In this document: positions 24,316-38,000 of the stretch, one piece after another
How the letters are laid out: every line of letters begins with the position of its first letter
How positions within the stretch are numbered: position 1 is the first letter of the stretch
Origin: Laetmonice hystrix
Taxonomy: Eukaryota
Direction: 5' to 3'
NCBI GenBank assembly: GCA_965235115.1
Contig: OZ249436.1
Span: 49,602,001-49,666,000, forward strand
DNA: 64,000 nt
The notes under the pieces: model-generated
What the model was told of the DNA's origin: nothing
What the model saw: only the letters and a program-made list of their open reading frames with translations
Database searches by the model: none
Program-made: the position numbers and the translations under genes

Positions 24316-26913
24316 CAGTGGTGTGCAGAGCTGCGTTCATTTGATTCGTTTGTTGATGGGTGCAGGCGTCATCAAAACCTAACTAGTTTCTCCACTGAGA
24401 TATGATATAGCAACCAGAACATCATGTATGGAAGAACTGTATTGTTATATGAATACTTAATTATAAAAAAGACTTCAGTAAAGAGTTCGACCCTCCAGGC
24501 TCAACTGTTATTTCGGTAGTGATAGTGGGGGAAGGCAAACCTCTGGCACTTAATCTGCTGCGCACAGCGCTGGAATGATTTGGAATGACCGAATTACGGA
24601 AACCCACACCAAACCAGCCGCCAGCAATGGGTCGCTTGGTGATCGATATTTACATGTGTATTATCAGAGATGAGGGTGCATTATCGGTGTCAGTTGGAAG
24701 GTGTCGGGCACTCAGTCCCGTGGATGTCGCGCTGAGCAGTGAGCGAATCATGTCCTATTAACGTGTTGACGTTTGTTTTCCAACAGCGCAGTCACCAACA
24801 TATCCGAAATGACCCTTATCATAACACCCGCCATGTTAAAGCTGACGCTAGACCAGCCCAGATTCGATCAATGGATTTTGCATGTATATGCGGCCTTTAT
24901 GGTGATTGCCTGCAGCAGGCGGCTGTAGAAATGGGTTGTTTTTTTTTGCCCGTCGCCACGCGTACAGGTGCCGTGCTACGTTGACGACGTTATGATGTTT
25001 TCCCGTCTGGAACCATCCTGCAGTGTGGTGTGGGGATGGGGCAAGGGTCCCGAGTCGGGGTAGTTCAGACTACCAGGCACCAGGTAGTTGGTTCAGCCTG
25101 CTGGAGGGGTGCCATGTGTGGGCAGATAACGAGGTGATATCATGAAAGTGAAACCAGGCAAAGGTTGGCACCAGAGGACTGTAAGCAGCAAGCACCTCGC
25201 CAACAGATCACCTACTTGGAGTGTCCGACTCGGCGGAGGCCTGTAGGCGACAGTCGACCTGCAGATCGCCATCTGCAGCGTCCTCAAATGACAAAAACGA
25301 CGCCCGAATCTATTTAAGGAAACTTTTTGTTGGATATATGAGGGGAACAGTTGCGACTTCTGGGGCCAGTTTCTTTGTCACATTGAGACCCGCAAATAGT
25401 CATCGGCCTTGCCTAACCTTTTTTTGCAGGCAGTTGGACAGACTTGCCCAACGACTGAGAAACCGGCCCCTGCTCTTTGGGCGTCGGGAAAAAGGGTAGG
25501 GGGTCTAGTTGATGGGCGACTGTTCATCAGTGCTGAACAGTTTGTAGTATATACAGACTGGTGGCTTTTTAAATGCGTGTTTCCCATGGAGACATTTTTA
25601 ATGCATAGATACGTTCCATGTTGCACCATTAGTTGCCGACCTCGGTAAAATCACCAAAACACACATGCCTTCATCCACCACAATGTACATTTCATGATGT
25701 TCAACACGCTTAAACTGAGACAAGACTTAACAAAGAATACTAATAAGGAAGGGTTGTTCGCATGAGAAGCTTACACAACACAAATTGAAATATTGATCGC
25801 TGACCGGGTTTTCGGGCTACCCTGGATATAGGCCTATGTGTGGTACAATTGGAATATAAAGGGCTTGTTCAAACACTGAAAGAAGCCAGATTCACATAGA
25901 AGTTAAACAATAGCACGATTCAGGAACAAGTTTGTTTGAAAAATGCAGGCCCCTATTTGATGTGGTTTTGTGTATAACTTAGCTACGTTAGTAAAGTGCA
26001 ATTAATAATGGAAACACTATTGCATTTACAAACGTCGATTTGTGCTCTCGAAAGTGCAGGGAAGTTGCAGGCTAGCATGAGGAATGCCATTGTATTAGGG
26101 TTGGAGCGTCAACAGCACGGGTTAGCGTGCTGATACAGTATGACGTATAGGGTGGTGGCGAGGGGTAAACCTAATGGACTAACAACCAAAGTGGAGAAGC
26201 TGAAACCCATAGATGGACAAGCAAACGAAGCTGTGTGTCTCCCATGGTGATTTGGATAAATGGAACGTCAGAAGTCGGGATGGGGTTTGGTTAGAGGAGG
26301 TAGCAGATGACTGATGAGAAGGAGGACTGGCCACGACAGCTTCCGCAGGATAACCATTGCAGGGGTCGGGGCGGGGGGTCGGTCACAACCACCACGGCCA
26401 AGGAGATCGATCTCAGGGTTGGACCTGTCGGGACCCGCCTTCCAGGTGTAATATACTGTACACAGATGGCGTCATTCCAACCGAAACGTGTCAGAAGTAA
26501 AGACTGTGTTGACCAAGTGGATTGAGACTCGCTGACCTGTGTTGGTACAAAGTAGATAGCTTGGTCAGCATGCCATCAAGGTAATCACCAAAATGTTAAT
26601 ATCCACCTTAAGTACGAAATGATTTCCAAAACCAGGGTTCCATTTATTACTTCCAGTAGTTAGGGGTCTACACTAGGAGTATTTTCGCTCTCCCCTACGG
26701 GGAATTTCCGCGGCGTGGAATCAATTAAATCTTTCCAACTCGTGCTGACCCCTCGGAATTTATTACTTCTGTGCACTAGACACTTGCATTGAAGAACTAC
26801 CCCAAGAAAATGAATATGTTCGATTAAAATAATTGCTGAAATGGTTCTTGCGTAGGGATCCTCTCGTTCATTTCTATAAACTCTGTACACGATGTTTTAA
26901 AGAAAAGCTTTAA

Positions 26914-27346
26914 AGGCAGGGTAAACACCCACGGCAAATAAGGTTTCGTAGACCAAATGAAACACCAGCATTTACCTCAGGGCAATAAATGACACAATTA
27001 CATTGTCTGAATTAACGTGTAACTGCCCGATGTGTGACGCAACTGGTTCTGCTTGTGTGTTCAACACCTCGGACGTTTACAAACGATGGGACTCCAAACA
27101 TCGTGTAGACAAGGTCTGTGAGCAGAGTAACACGTAATGTTACGCAATAAGCTGCGGTGTGCAGCATTCGGCTCTGATGAACACACAAGAAGGTCAAGGT
27201 CAGAACCAGCGGCGTCATACATCGGGCGGGTATACATTAATTACTTCATTCTGACAACGTAATTGTGGCATTTATTGCCCTGAGTTAAATGTTGGTGTTT
27301 CATTTGGTCTATGAAACATTATTTGCCATGGGTGTTTACCCTGCCT
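26914..27346. mobile_element. TTAA-flanked MITE with ~100-bp TIRs (Kolobok-like), family C
   Basis: TTAA at 26910-26913 and 27347-27350. The TIR AGGCAGGGTAAACACCCA... pairs over ~99 bp with about 8 mismatches by hand count. Confidence 0.92.
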
Positions 27347-30300
27347 TTAACGTGCGTGTCAGGGGTGGTTCTATATCAAAGAGACTACTACAACGCTTTT
27401 AACATTAAAGTTCAGCGTATGCCCGGATCTTAACTAAAGACCTGAGTCTAACATGTGGCTTGCTGCATCGAAGTGTCATATTTGACAGCTTAGCTGATCA
27501 GATGTCATAACCCCTATCTGCACTGAAATCTAAAAGATTTAGGAGCTCGAGTCTTGGATCCATAATTGATAGGTGATGTTTAAAGGATGGATGATTGAAG
27601 AAGACGCAGTTGGCACAGGTTAAGTTAGCATCTGGGCTGTTTAATGATGCTGGGATCGATGTCCGTGCAGTCAGCCAAGTGTGGAGTCAACTGAAGGTCA
27701 CAAACAGATTTCAAAGGACTTTCTGGCAGGTAAAGCACGTCAAGTCACCGAAATGCAGCCGTTACTCCAATTATAGTTTCTGTCGCATTTCGTAATTATT
27801 TTAAACTGCATCAAATACGAATACCAAATCTTAGTGAAGTTTCCTGATGGAATACCCATCGTTTGTGTTGATTGTACAGTTGTTGAATGTCGTACTCAAT
27901 TTTGCTGAAGTAATTTGTTGGAATTAATTTCCCTAAACTCCAACTGTGCAGTAATATTGAATGATGGAATAACAGTAATATCCATAGACACCGTGCCGCC
28001 GACGTTCATTTATGATACAGACCAGTTGGTTATTGATACAGTCGGGCCGTGCGTATTATATACACTTCTGGTCTTATCGTCAGTGAACACAGCAATCCAT
28101 TTCTGTATATCATCGTCTCTCTTCAAAATGTTGTCATACCTGATTGCATTCCTGTGATTGTGTGCCAGAAACGTTGAATGCCTCATCATACTCTGCTGTC
28201 AGTCTGATATAGAGAAAATATTGCTGTCTTGACGACGCTCAATCCTTCTTCTTGTTATTGTTCTTCTTGTTCTTCTGCTTCTTCTCCTTCTCCTACTTTC
28301 TTGTCAAGATTAAGAGACGTTCGAAGAATAGTTATTATAGAAGGGATATGGTCAACAGCAATCAATTGAGTTTAGTTAGATTCGATGTGTACTTTAAGCC
28401 AGGCGCCGCCCTGTCCCGCAGGTCGGACAGTTACTGTCCCAGACGGTTCGTGTTGATATTTACAGTCCCCCCCGCCGTTTGGAATGGTACGATCTAGCTC
28501 GATTGATGAGTCTATAGATTTTGTGTTCTGGTATACATCGTTATGAAGTACCATACTTAATTAGAGACCACGCCCCGACTGCCTTGGTAATTAATCATTG
28601 GGAGCTCCCAATATCTCTGTTTGTCTTTGGAATGTGGCAAACTACAGATAGACACTGGTAATTTTTCAAAAGTGATGAAATTGATTTCTGAACCAGAATA
28701 TTTACACACAAATTGAGATTTGATTGATTGGCAATTGTTTGGTTATAGTATTTAAGTTATTCACAGTGAAATCTGATTTCGTTTGATGACTGTAGCACAT
28801 GAGATTGGTCATCACACCAAGCATATTGTAATGTAACTCCGTAAAGAATATCTTTGTCAGCAGCAAGGCTTTTCTTTTTACCTTGAAACAAGGATGAGCA
28901 CCGTCCATTTTCCGGATGAGGTAATTTACAAGATATCTGTAAACGAAGCAGACTGGTTTACACAAGCAAAAGGAGATATCAAATATTGCAGAGCTGTAAA
29001 AGTGTTCGCGACGATTCACTTACATAATAGTAAAAAAAAACGAATTACTGCATGTATATAATAACCATGATCATTATTAGGACATAATTACGGAGTGTGC
29101 TGGCGAACATGCACATCTTAGAGCAAAGTGGCTTCATGTAGCATCGTTTGATTCGTGGCAATATTCATTTATAGATACCGCAGGCAGACAAAGCCATGGC
29201 TGATTCGTTTAAGGCGTGGTACTTTCAAATGTCACAGATGGTTGTGTAACTTGCAAATACCAGCCAGAATCATTGTATCGAAGTTAGAGTCTTATCAAGC
29301 TGATTAGCATTACAGTTCTGGTAAGAAGACACTGTTGTAATAACTGGCAACATATTTTTAATGTCTACAACTTACGCGGCATCAAACAGAATGGAGGGAC
29401 GAACGTTTTGTGGCGAGGGAACATGCGGGGATTTGAAAAAGGCGCATCTTCCCCATTTCCTTATCATGGTGTACAACATCAGTGTGCAGCACTGACTGCC
29501 CCTTACCGCCTGCACCATTGTGCGCCCCTGGGCCCAAGCATGTAGCAGCACACACACATACACACAGCCTGGCCTCCTTTCATCATGATGTCCCAATGAT
29601 TTTTCCCCAGCACACAGTCAGGGCCCGTGGTAAGGGAAGTCGTCTGTGGAGCTGTGAGTCTCCAGGAAAAGGACATGATTAATTGACCTTCCCTGGCGCT
29701 CTTCTTCAAGTCAGCCCGCTAGCCCTGGATACGAACGTGACAACGGCGGATACCCCCGTCCCCATCCGACCCCGACCTGACCGTATAGCTCTGTCCATGG
29801 AGGGGTATGTAAAATTGTTCACGATTAGATTATAGAAATGGATCAACACGGTCACTCTAAAACGAGTAATTTTACCCCAAACTTATAGTTTCATTATTAT
29901 AATCGTGATAACTATTCGTCCATGCGGGTCGGATGTCAGTGTAGCGTTCACAGCAATTTGTAATAATACCGAAATATGATTTCAAGAGATGCCTGCAACT
30001 TTCTCGAGGGGCTGGTTTGAAATATAAAGATCCTTTCATTGGCTGGAACTATGTGCACTGGCTCTTTTCGCAGATGTCATTAAAGATTTATCGAGAGATT
30101 TTTAGTCCACCGCTTCAAACTACTCAATACTGCACAAAACAAAGACCATATGATAAAAACACATTGTGTTTAAAGAGAAAACCCTAGCGGATGACATAAC
30201 AACCAGCAGAGTGTTTGTGTCAAAAGGCACCAGTTAAATAAATGTTGTAAAATACAAAGTGGCTTCCATGGTTACCAGATAAAATCGGTGTTCTAAGATG

Positions 30301-30857
30301 ATTCAACAGTGGTGACCTCAGATTTTTGCTACCTCTGAAGAAAGGATCTCTATTTCTAATGAAAGCTATCGCTGAGACACAGAAATAATATTTAAGACCC
30401 CCCCCCCCCTGTTTTTTTACTACTTAGAATCGTGTTTTGTCAGAATTCCTATGAATACGGGCCTTTAATTGCGATTTCCCCTGCATCTAGCTATGTCCCT
30501 GGTTCAGAAATATTTTAGGAATTTTTAAAAGTTGAGATGGCGTATGACAATATTAGGAAAATTGATCAAATATCACCCTTTCTTTCCAAGGAACACATGT
30601 AATATAGATACCGTCGTGATTTCATTCTCCTGTAGATAAGAATTGTTTACTAATCCCTGTCTGCAGTGAGAAAACAGATACGAAGAGGGAAACTGGAGGG
30701 AAAATGATAAATAAAAACGTGCCTGGTAGGAAAAGGGAAGTTCTTAATAAGACTGACCGACAAAAGAACATAATGTCTGAATTCATTTCAGTTTATTACT
30801 TTATGGGAGACGGCTTATTATCAGATAAACCTGATCGCCTTGCGCAAGAAAACATTT

Positions 30858-30910
30858 CCTCAGGGTGACACGCAAGAAGTCACCTCAGGGTGACACGCAA
30901 GAAGTCACCT
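30858..30910. repeat. Short tandem duplication CCTCAGGGTGACACGCAAGAAGTCA (2 copies)
   Basis: Directly visible exact duplication. Confidence 0.85.
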
Positions 30911-31957
30911 TTTCTTTCATGTGAAAGGCGTTCCCTGCTAACAGTGACAAGCCATACTGTGTCTGTATTAGCCAGCTGTCAGTGTATGAGGCTGTCATTA
31001 ACCCGGGTCACCCATCGATACGGCACAGACTGATACATCATAAGGCAAGATAATGCGATTTCTCCCACATGTAGTTGATGAGGATATTGGATTCACCGAA
31101 TAGAAGTAGATGCTGGTCACTGCTAATTGTTTACTTCCACTTGGCATGCTAGCAGGCATCAGGATCGAATCAGAGGGATTAACCCGTGATCTACTGGGCT
31201 TATCCTACCATATGGCAGCCAGCAATTCCAAATAATCTCAAAACAATGGTTTACTGTGTCTTTTGTCTTTATTATTCTTTCACATAATCTGACAGATAGA
31301 GCGTCGGCTGTTTATTGACTGATCATGTGCAGTGCAGGCCGTCGTCAGACTGAAATATATTTCTCCATTATGAACGGTTGTCAGACTGTAATTGGTCTGT
31401 ACCGGAGAACTGCAAGAAGTATATGTCGCTAGGCAGAATGATATTTTGAAATATTCACTATCTTGATTGGACATCTAAGTGGAGTTTTTTTTTTATTGTA
31501 ATTACATCCGTATCAATGTGTGTCTGTGCGCCTGTACAGGCCTCCATGTATGTACCTGCTATCTCGAGATCAGTTAGCGATGCTGAAATGCTTGGACTAC
31601 AAAAGGCTTACATTATTTTTAAGAGGCGAACATGACCTCGTGGACGGTTTCTCTTATTCCATTGGAGTGGGCAGAAAATACGGACCACGCGGACCCCTTC
31701 TAGGAGGCCCCTAAAATATTTTGAATCCAGATGGTTGGTACAGGTGAGGTGAGAATCCACAGAGCCGTCCTCACTCACCTTAATCAGACGTTGGCAGTTT
31801 CCAATCATAGAGAAATAGAGCAACTCGAGGATGTGTAACCCCTTGGCGGGGATAGATAATCGTAAAAAACGACAACACGTAATATCCTGCCTTCTTCTGC
31901 GCATTCATACTTGGAGGGGATAATGACAGAGCACCAGTCTGTTCGGGAGAGCGCCGA

Positions 31958-33057
31958 GTCTCTCAATAACCAAGCTAATGTTATGTAAGATGGGACACTA
32001 GGTCTCTCAATAACCAAGATACGGTTATGTAAGATGGGACACTCGGTCTCTCAATAACCAAGATAAGGTTATGTAAGATGGGACACTCGGTCTCTCAATA
32101 ACCAAGATAAGGTTATGTAAGATGGGACACTAGGTCTCTCAATAACCAAGATACGGTTATGTAAGATGGGACACTCGGTCTCTCAATAACCAAGATAAGG
32201 TTATGTAAGATGGGACACTACGTCTCTAAATAACCAAGATAAGGTTATGTAAGATGGGACACTAGGTCTCTCAATAACCAAGATACGGTTATGTAAGATG
32301 GGACACTCGGTCTCTCAATAACCAAGATAAGGTTATGTAAGATGGGACACTACGTCTCTAAATAACCAAGATAAGGTTATGTAAGATGGGACACTAGGTC
32401 TCTCAATAACCAAGATACGGTTATGTAAGATGGGACACTAGGTCTCTCAATAACCAAGATAAGGTTATGTAAGATGGGACACTAGGTCTCAATAACCAAG
32501 ATAAGGTTATGTAAGATGGGACACTAGGTCTCTCAATAACCAAGATAAGGTTATGTAAGATGGGACACTAGGTCTCTCAATAACCAAGATAAGGTTATGT
32601 AAGATGGGACACTAGGTCTCTCAATAACCAAGATACGGTTATGTAAGATGGGACACTAGGTCTCTCAATAACCAAGATACGGTTATGTAAGATGGGTCAC
32701 TGGGTCTCTCAATAACCAAGATAAGGTTATGTAAGATGGGACACTAGGTCTCTCAATAACCAAGATACGGTTATGTAAGATGGGACACTAGGTCTCTCAA
32801 TAACCAAGATACGGTTATGTAAGATGGGACACTGGGTCTCTCAATAACCAAGATAAGGTTATGTAAGATGGGACACTAGGTCTCTCAATAACCAAGATAA
32901 GGTTATGTAAGATGGGACACTAGATCTCTCAATAACCAAGATACGGTTATGTAAGATGGGACACTGGGTCTACCAGTAACCAAGATAGGGTTATGTAAGA
33001 TGGGACACTAGGTCTCTCAATAACCAAGATAGGGTTATGTAAGATGGGTCACTGGGT
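31958..33057. repeat. 44-bp minisatellite, ~25 copies
   Basis: Unit TCTCTCAATAACCAAGATAAGGTTATGTAAGATGGGACACTAGG, with an internal ATAACC/GGTTAT inverted repeat. Confidence 0.97.
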
Positions 33058-34936
33058 TCCGCAATACTTGCTCTTAGCAAGTTGTAAAAACAGTAATTAG
33101 GAAAAACACAATTATATTTAGAGAACTGAATTTTGAACGGTGGTCTTTTATTTCCGTGTGGTGACAGGAATAAGAGTGCGTTTAAAAGAATAAAGTCGTT
33201 CGATATTGCTGAAGCTGTCCAAGTCTGTCATAACGTATCATTTAACAATTGCATGCGAGTTTTTCACTGCCATTCCAAATATGGATGTTCTTCGTTGATA
33301 TTGCTATCAGTGAGTTTAAAGAGAACGAGAACTCGATAAACGTAATTCTCGTTGACGTCACGTCCCGAGCCGGTACCGGTGACGTCATCGGTACGACGTG
33401 ACTGGCCTGATGTAGAGGTCGCCACCGATAGTTGTGTCCATTCCATTACCTTGGTCTCGTTTTGATAGCAAGCAGAGTATCTCATCGTAAGATTATTTTC
33501 TAAGGCCATTCATATTGGTGTAAAGATACCGTCGCTGGCCTCTGCCAGTAGTAAGTGTTTGGAAAGTCTGAACAGTCATTGAAAGAATTTGAAAGCATCT
33601 CAATTTCCGCGAGGCCAGTTTTCTTGTTCTTCTGTTGGACCAGTAGTTTCAGGATCCAGTGGTTTTCACCACTACCTCAGGGGGCTTCCACTCTCTGGTC
33701 TTCATTAGTTATTTGTAAATGATTGAAATTGATGACATTTAAAATGTTGCTGATCTGCAAGAAACTAACTTCAGATATTCAAACATAGAATTTTTTTCGC
33801 AGCTTTGTATTGGTCGCTTGGTTGCTGGCGTTGGCGAGATGAAAGATGCGTTTCGAACACAATGGCGTATTGAATCCAAGACCAATTAAAAACATCCCAT
33901 GCACTTCGAGCCATTGTTTTCAGCGTGGGAAGTTTATTGTTATACGCAATGGAGGCTTCTGTTCCTGGTTAGAAAGATGAAATCATAGTCAATATAGACA
34001 GAAAGAGTGAACTTTTCTTTTTTTACTACAGTTTCTCCTGTGCTGTTTATTCCCCACTACGAATGCTTATCAACGTAAGGATACTTAGCTTATCAACGTA
34101 ATCCGGTCTGCAGGATATCCCCTAATAAATATAAATAATAGTTAACAATGCCGATTACTAACAAAAGTGTGATTCTCCATAAATTGTTGTAGACTTTTTC
34201 TGGACATTATATACCAGTACGTAAAAGTCCGGCGGGAGTCATCTTGAGGTGTCTAGGAGGATGCGCGTCCTGCGATATATAGCTGGAAGTTGTTTAACCC
34301 CGGGAGTATCCTCAAATTGAAAGGTATAGATGTAGTCATTCTATAAGGCGTTCAGTAGAGAGTAAAGTGGTTTTACGTCATCTTCTGACACCCCGTGCAG
34401 AATGGCGGATTTCGGCCCTCGCCATATCGGACTGACGCCAGGCCTCCACCGGCTCTATAATGATCGTCTGTCGAAGGATATCCTCAATCGCATGTTACAC
34501 AGCCATCCTTTAACACAGGCATTGAGACACTTGAACATTAATAGTTGTGAAGGTGAAAGAGACTAGCCCACTTGGGAGGTGGTGAACCCGAGCTCTGGTA
34601 ATGGTCCCAACTCCGATCTGAGTGCCACCTAGTTACCTGGCAACGACCTGATCGTCGTCGTCTGAATGCAAATTGACTTGATTTTTTTTCCGATTCCTTC
34701 AACGTGCGACATTTTCTAGCCTGGTGCCATGAGCAACGATCGTGACATCAGTGGTTGTGTTAACGCTCGCAACCCGAACACTGAAGTTGTCAGTATTTCG
34801 GAATAATTGTTTAAATCTGATCTTTTAAGTAGTCAATAGCAACAGAAACTGTAAAATTCTAATATGTCATACATTATGGAGTGAAAGAGGTAATACAGAA
34901 AGATTATATCGTAATGTATTTACAAATTACTGAACG

Positions 34937-35043
34937 TACAGGTTTCTGATTGGCTGGTCTAAGGAGACCAGCCAATCAGAAAACTGTAAGTTTACTTAAG
35001 TAAGTTTTACTCAAGTTGAGAATTTCCGAGATACTGGGCCCTG
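34937..35043. mobile_element. Truncated palindromic MITE: central CCAAT hairpin plus one ...GGGCCCTG terminus
   Basis: Perfect 18-bp stem 34943-34960/34965-34982, followed by the end GAGATACTGGGCCCTG. A related decayed arrangement lies at 47166-47251. Confidence 0.55.
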
Positions 35044-38000
35044 ATCTGTAAATGTAAGTTGTGGAATCCTTAATGGGTTCAACAGATGTACTAAGAGGGA
35101 AAAAATCAGTTCCCTTGAATGCTTGCTAATTCTTCCAGCGTGAATGGATCTGAATAGAAACATATGTTTATTTTCTCTTGCGAAGATAAACTTATGCAAA
35201 TGGGTTCGTTTAGTACAGAATAGCAGCTTCCATTGTTTGAGGAATGCACGCGTTGATTGATTGTTGCATGTAAGAGTTATTACTTTGCAAAATATTAACC
35301 AAGGACACTGCTCCTGATGTAAAGGTTATCAAGTACGAAAATAAAGGAAAAAAAGAAACTTGATCAGAAGTTTCTATCAGAGGGCCGGGAAAACTTGGCA
35401 ATCCCACAATTAGTAAACCTATATCAAGATCTCTGTACACCGAAATGTAGAGTGGAATATTGGAACAACTTTTGGGGATGCGCTTCACAGAATTTATCCA
35501 AACGGTGTAAATTAGATGTTTGCTTATGCTAGGGAAATTATTGAGAACTGGGGAGTTTTGTTATACCTTAGTGGATGAGCCGCGAAATGTACTGCTCCAA
35601 GGTACATGTGGCCCGTTGCCAAACGGCAAAGTTCTGTTTTTGTGGCAGAACCTACCGCAATATCTATTCCTGGAGAAACTTAAGTATGATTGGGCACGAT
35701 TGTTAAATAATTAATGTACGATGATAATCACTGAATATTGGACTTGACGTGTACTCAGAGCGTATCTTCACCCCAAAACTCCAACCATAATCTACCTTGC
35801 CCATCAAGGGCGATGTCAAGTACAGGTATATTCTTATGGTTTTGTGATTTTCAGACATTCCGGCTTTGTCATGGGATTCTATATCCATTGAAATTTTATG
35901 CAATCTCAATATTTGCAACGTTTTATCAATGAGAAAAACATGATCTCATCCCCACGCCCCCCACCCACGGCTCCCACACGATCAATTCTGTCTCTGGGCC
36001 TCCGTTATCACGCCCTCATATGGTATTAATCAGATGCACGGATGATTTCGGGTAAACACTTATACTCAGCGGGCCAATTATAGCTAATACCTGCGTATAG
36101 ATACGTAAGGTGACGTCCAGGAGGTGGCCGCCCACTCCCACGGCCCACGGTACATACATGCTATCAGTACTTATGAATGGGCTGAACGGCCCATTTAACC
36201 CTACTCACTCCGGCCCTGCACCACCAGCCACCCTGCGTCTACTCGTTGCTAGGAGACGCCACCTGTAACGCCCTCGACTTTATGCTCGGCCGACTCGTGA
36301 GGGTTTTTTCTTATCTTCTCCCGAGGCCGTATCCAGGTAAGGGAAACAGGAGAGCCGAGATTTACCTTCGCCCACTCACTTCCGGTCACGTGGGACAAGA
36401 TTTTATCATTTTGGTCTTTGAATATGTTTATTCGATCATCCTCAAAGATAACCTCAAATGTGTTGATCTTAGCACTTCTAGGTTTACAAGTAGATTGTTC
36501 TAGAGAAAAGTTGACTGAAATTAGGCTCACCACACAGCTCTAATTTACCAGGTTTTAGGAACAGTCAGTGCAAAACAATATTGACGGAGGTTTAAAAAAA
36601 TCCAATTCGCCATTCCTGGCATCTTCCGTCGTACATTTTCAGGTATTTTTATCTTGAAGATCACCATGTTAGGAATTTGATGCTTTAATAAGTCCATCCT
36701 TAAGATTCCTAGCGCGTTTGGGAAGAAGAAAAACGTGATTACAATGAGCTCTCACGTCATAATCGTTCACCAGGCACCATGGCGACGATGTGAACACGTC
36801 ATTTTAATATGTTAGCAAGAAATTGACCCAATTCTTGAGTCTCTGGGGTCACTGCTCTTTGAATGATAGGAATTTCAAACGCGACTGGTATGACTGATTA
36901 GTCTTCTAAGTGATTCCATTCACAAGTCTAGAGATAAAGATCCGTCTGAGAGTATCAATTGGAATTTGACGGTCACGAGTCTAATCTGGTTCCATTGATG
37001 TCTGTGGTTTGTTGGGTCAATACACTTCACCCCAGGACACGAGGTTCGCCTTCATATCCAGAACATGTGGGTACTTGACCTACAGATACACTGCTGAGTG
37101 TCCTGCAGAAAATTTCAAGGCCTTTTTAGATTTGTGGCCATGGATAATAATATTGTTAGCTTTAAAACAGATGGGAGAAAAAGAGAAAGACGGCGTTGAG
37201 GGAATTTTTTCCGTGAAAAACTGAAATTACCAATTGCATGAAGATAACTGCGTGTACTGCAGGTACTAAATATTTATCGGAAGTAAAACCACGGATTGCC
37301 ATCTTCAAAATTAAAAAAAGAAGAGAAAACAATCGATGGCAGAAGATGGTGGAGACTGTGGTTGGTGTGGTCACGGAATCGTGCAGTTTGCCGCGTGCGA
37401 TCAGAGGGCAAGGGTCACTAACCGGTCCCCTGGGGGTCTCCTGCTGCCACCTGACGGGTATCGGGAAAGATTATTGTCTATTAGTGGTCTCGATGGCAGG
37501 TCACCCACTTCTATACTAATTAATCGATACCTAGCAACATCCCTGAGAGGTCTGGTAATTTGTTTTCACAAGTTTGTGAATGCAGCAATGTCGTGTCATC
37601 AGAGGCATATACGTCATGTAAACAAACAATATGATTCGTGGCTGTATTCTGGATATTCTGATAACATATTTAATATAAATTGTCGCAGTGCATCTCAAAT
37701 CCATTTCCTACACGGAAGTCATATAACAACCCTCAACAAAACTCTTAGACTTGTACAAGGCAGGCATGCTTCTTGTATCCTTGCCAACAGCAGTTGAACA
37801 ATGGATGTCGAATTTCATTTGGAAAGGCGGACCAATGGCAGTGGCAAAGGATGGACATGATCCAAGTGTTGTCACACCTGAGACCTAAGGTAACTTCAAC
37901 CGTACAGGCACCATTTTAATTTACCCCGGAGGTGGATTCACCTGGGTCCCACAGACCAATGTATCAATCCTCCCTCCATAAGAGGAAAATAACCAAATAA

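Noticed and set aside
35703..35918. LINE endonuclease-like RI..YLTS...SDYH motif
   Set aside because: The catalytic residues do not match properly and no other endonuclease motifs lie nearby.
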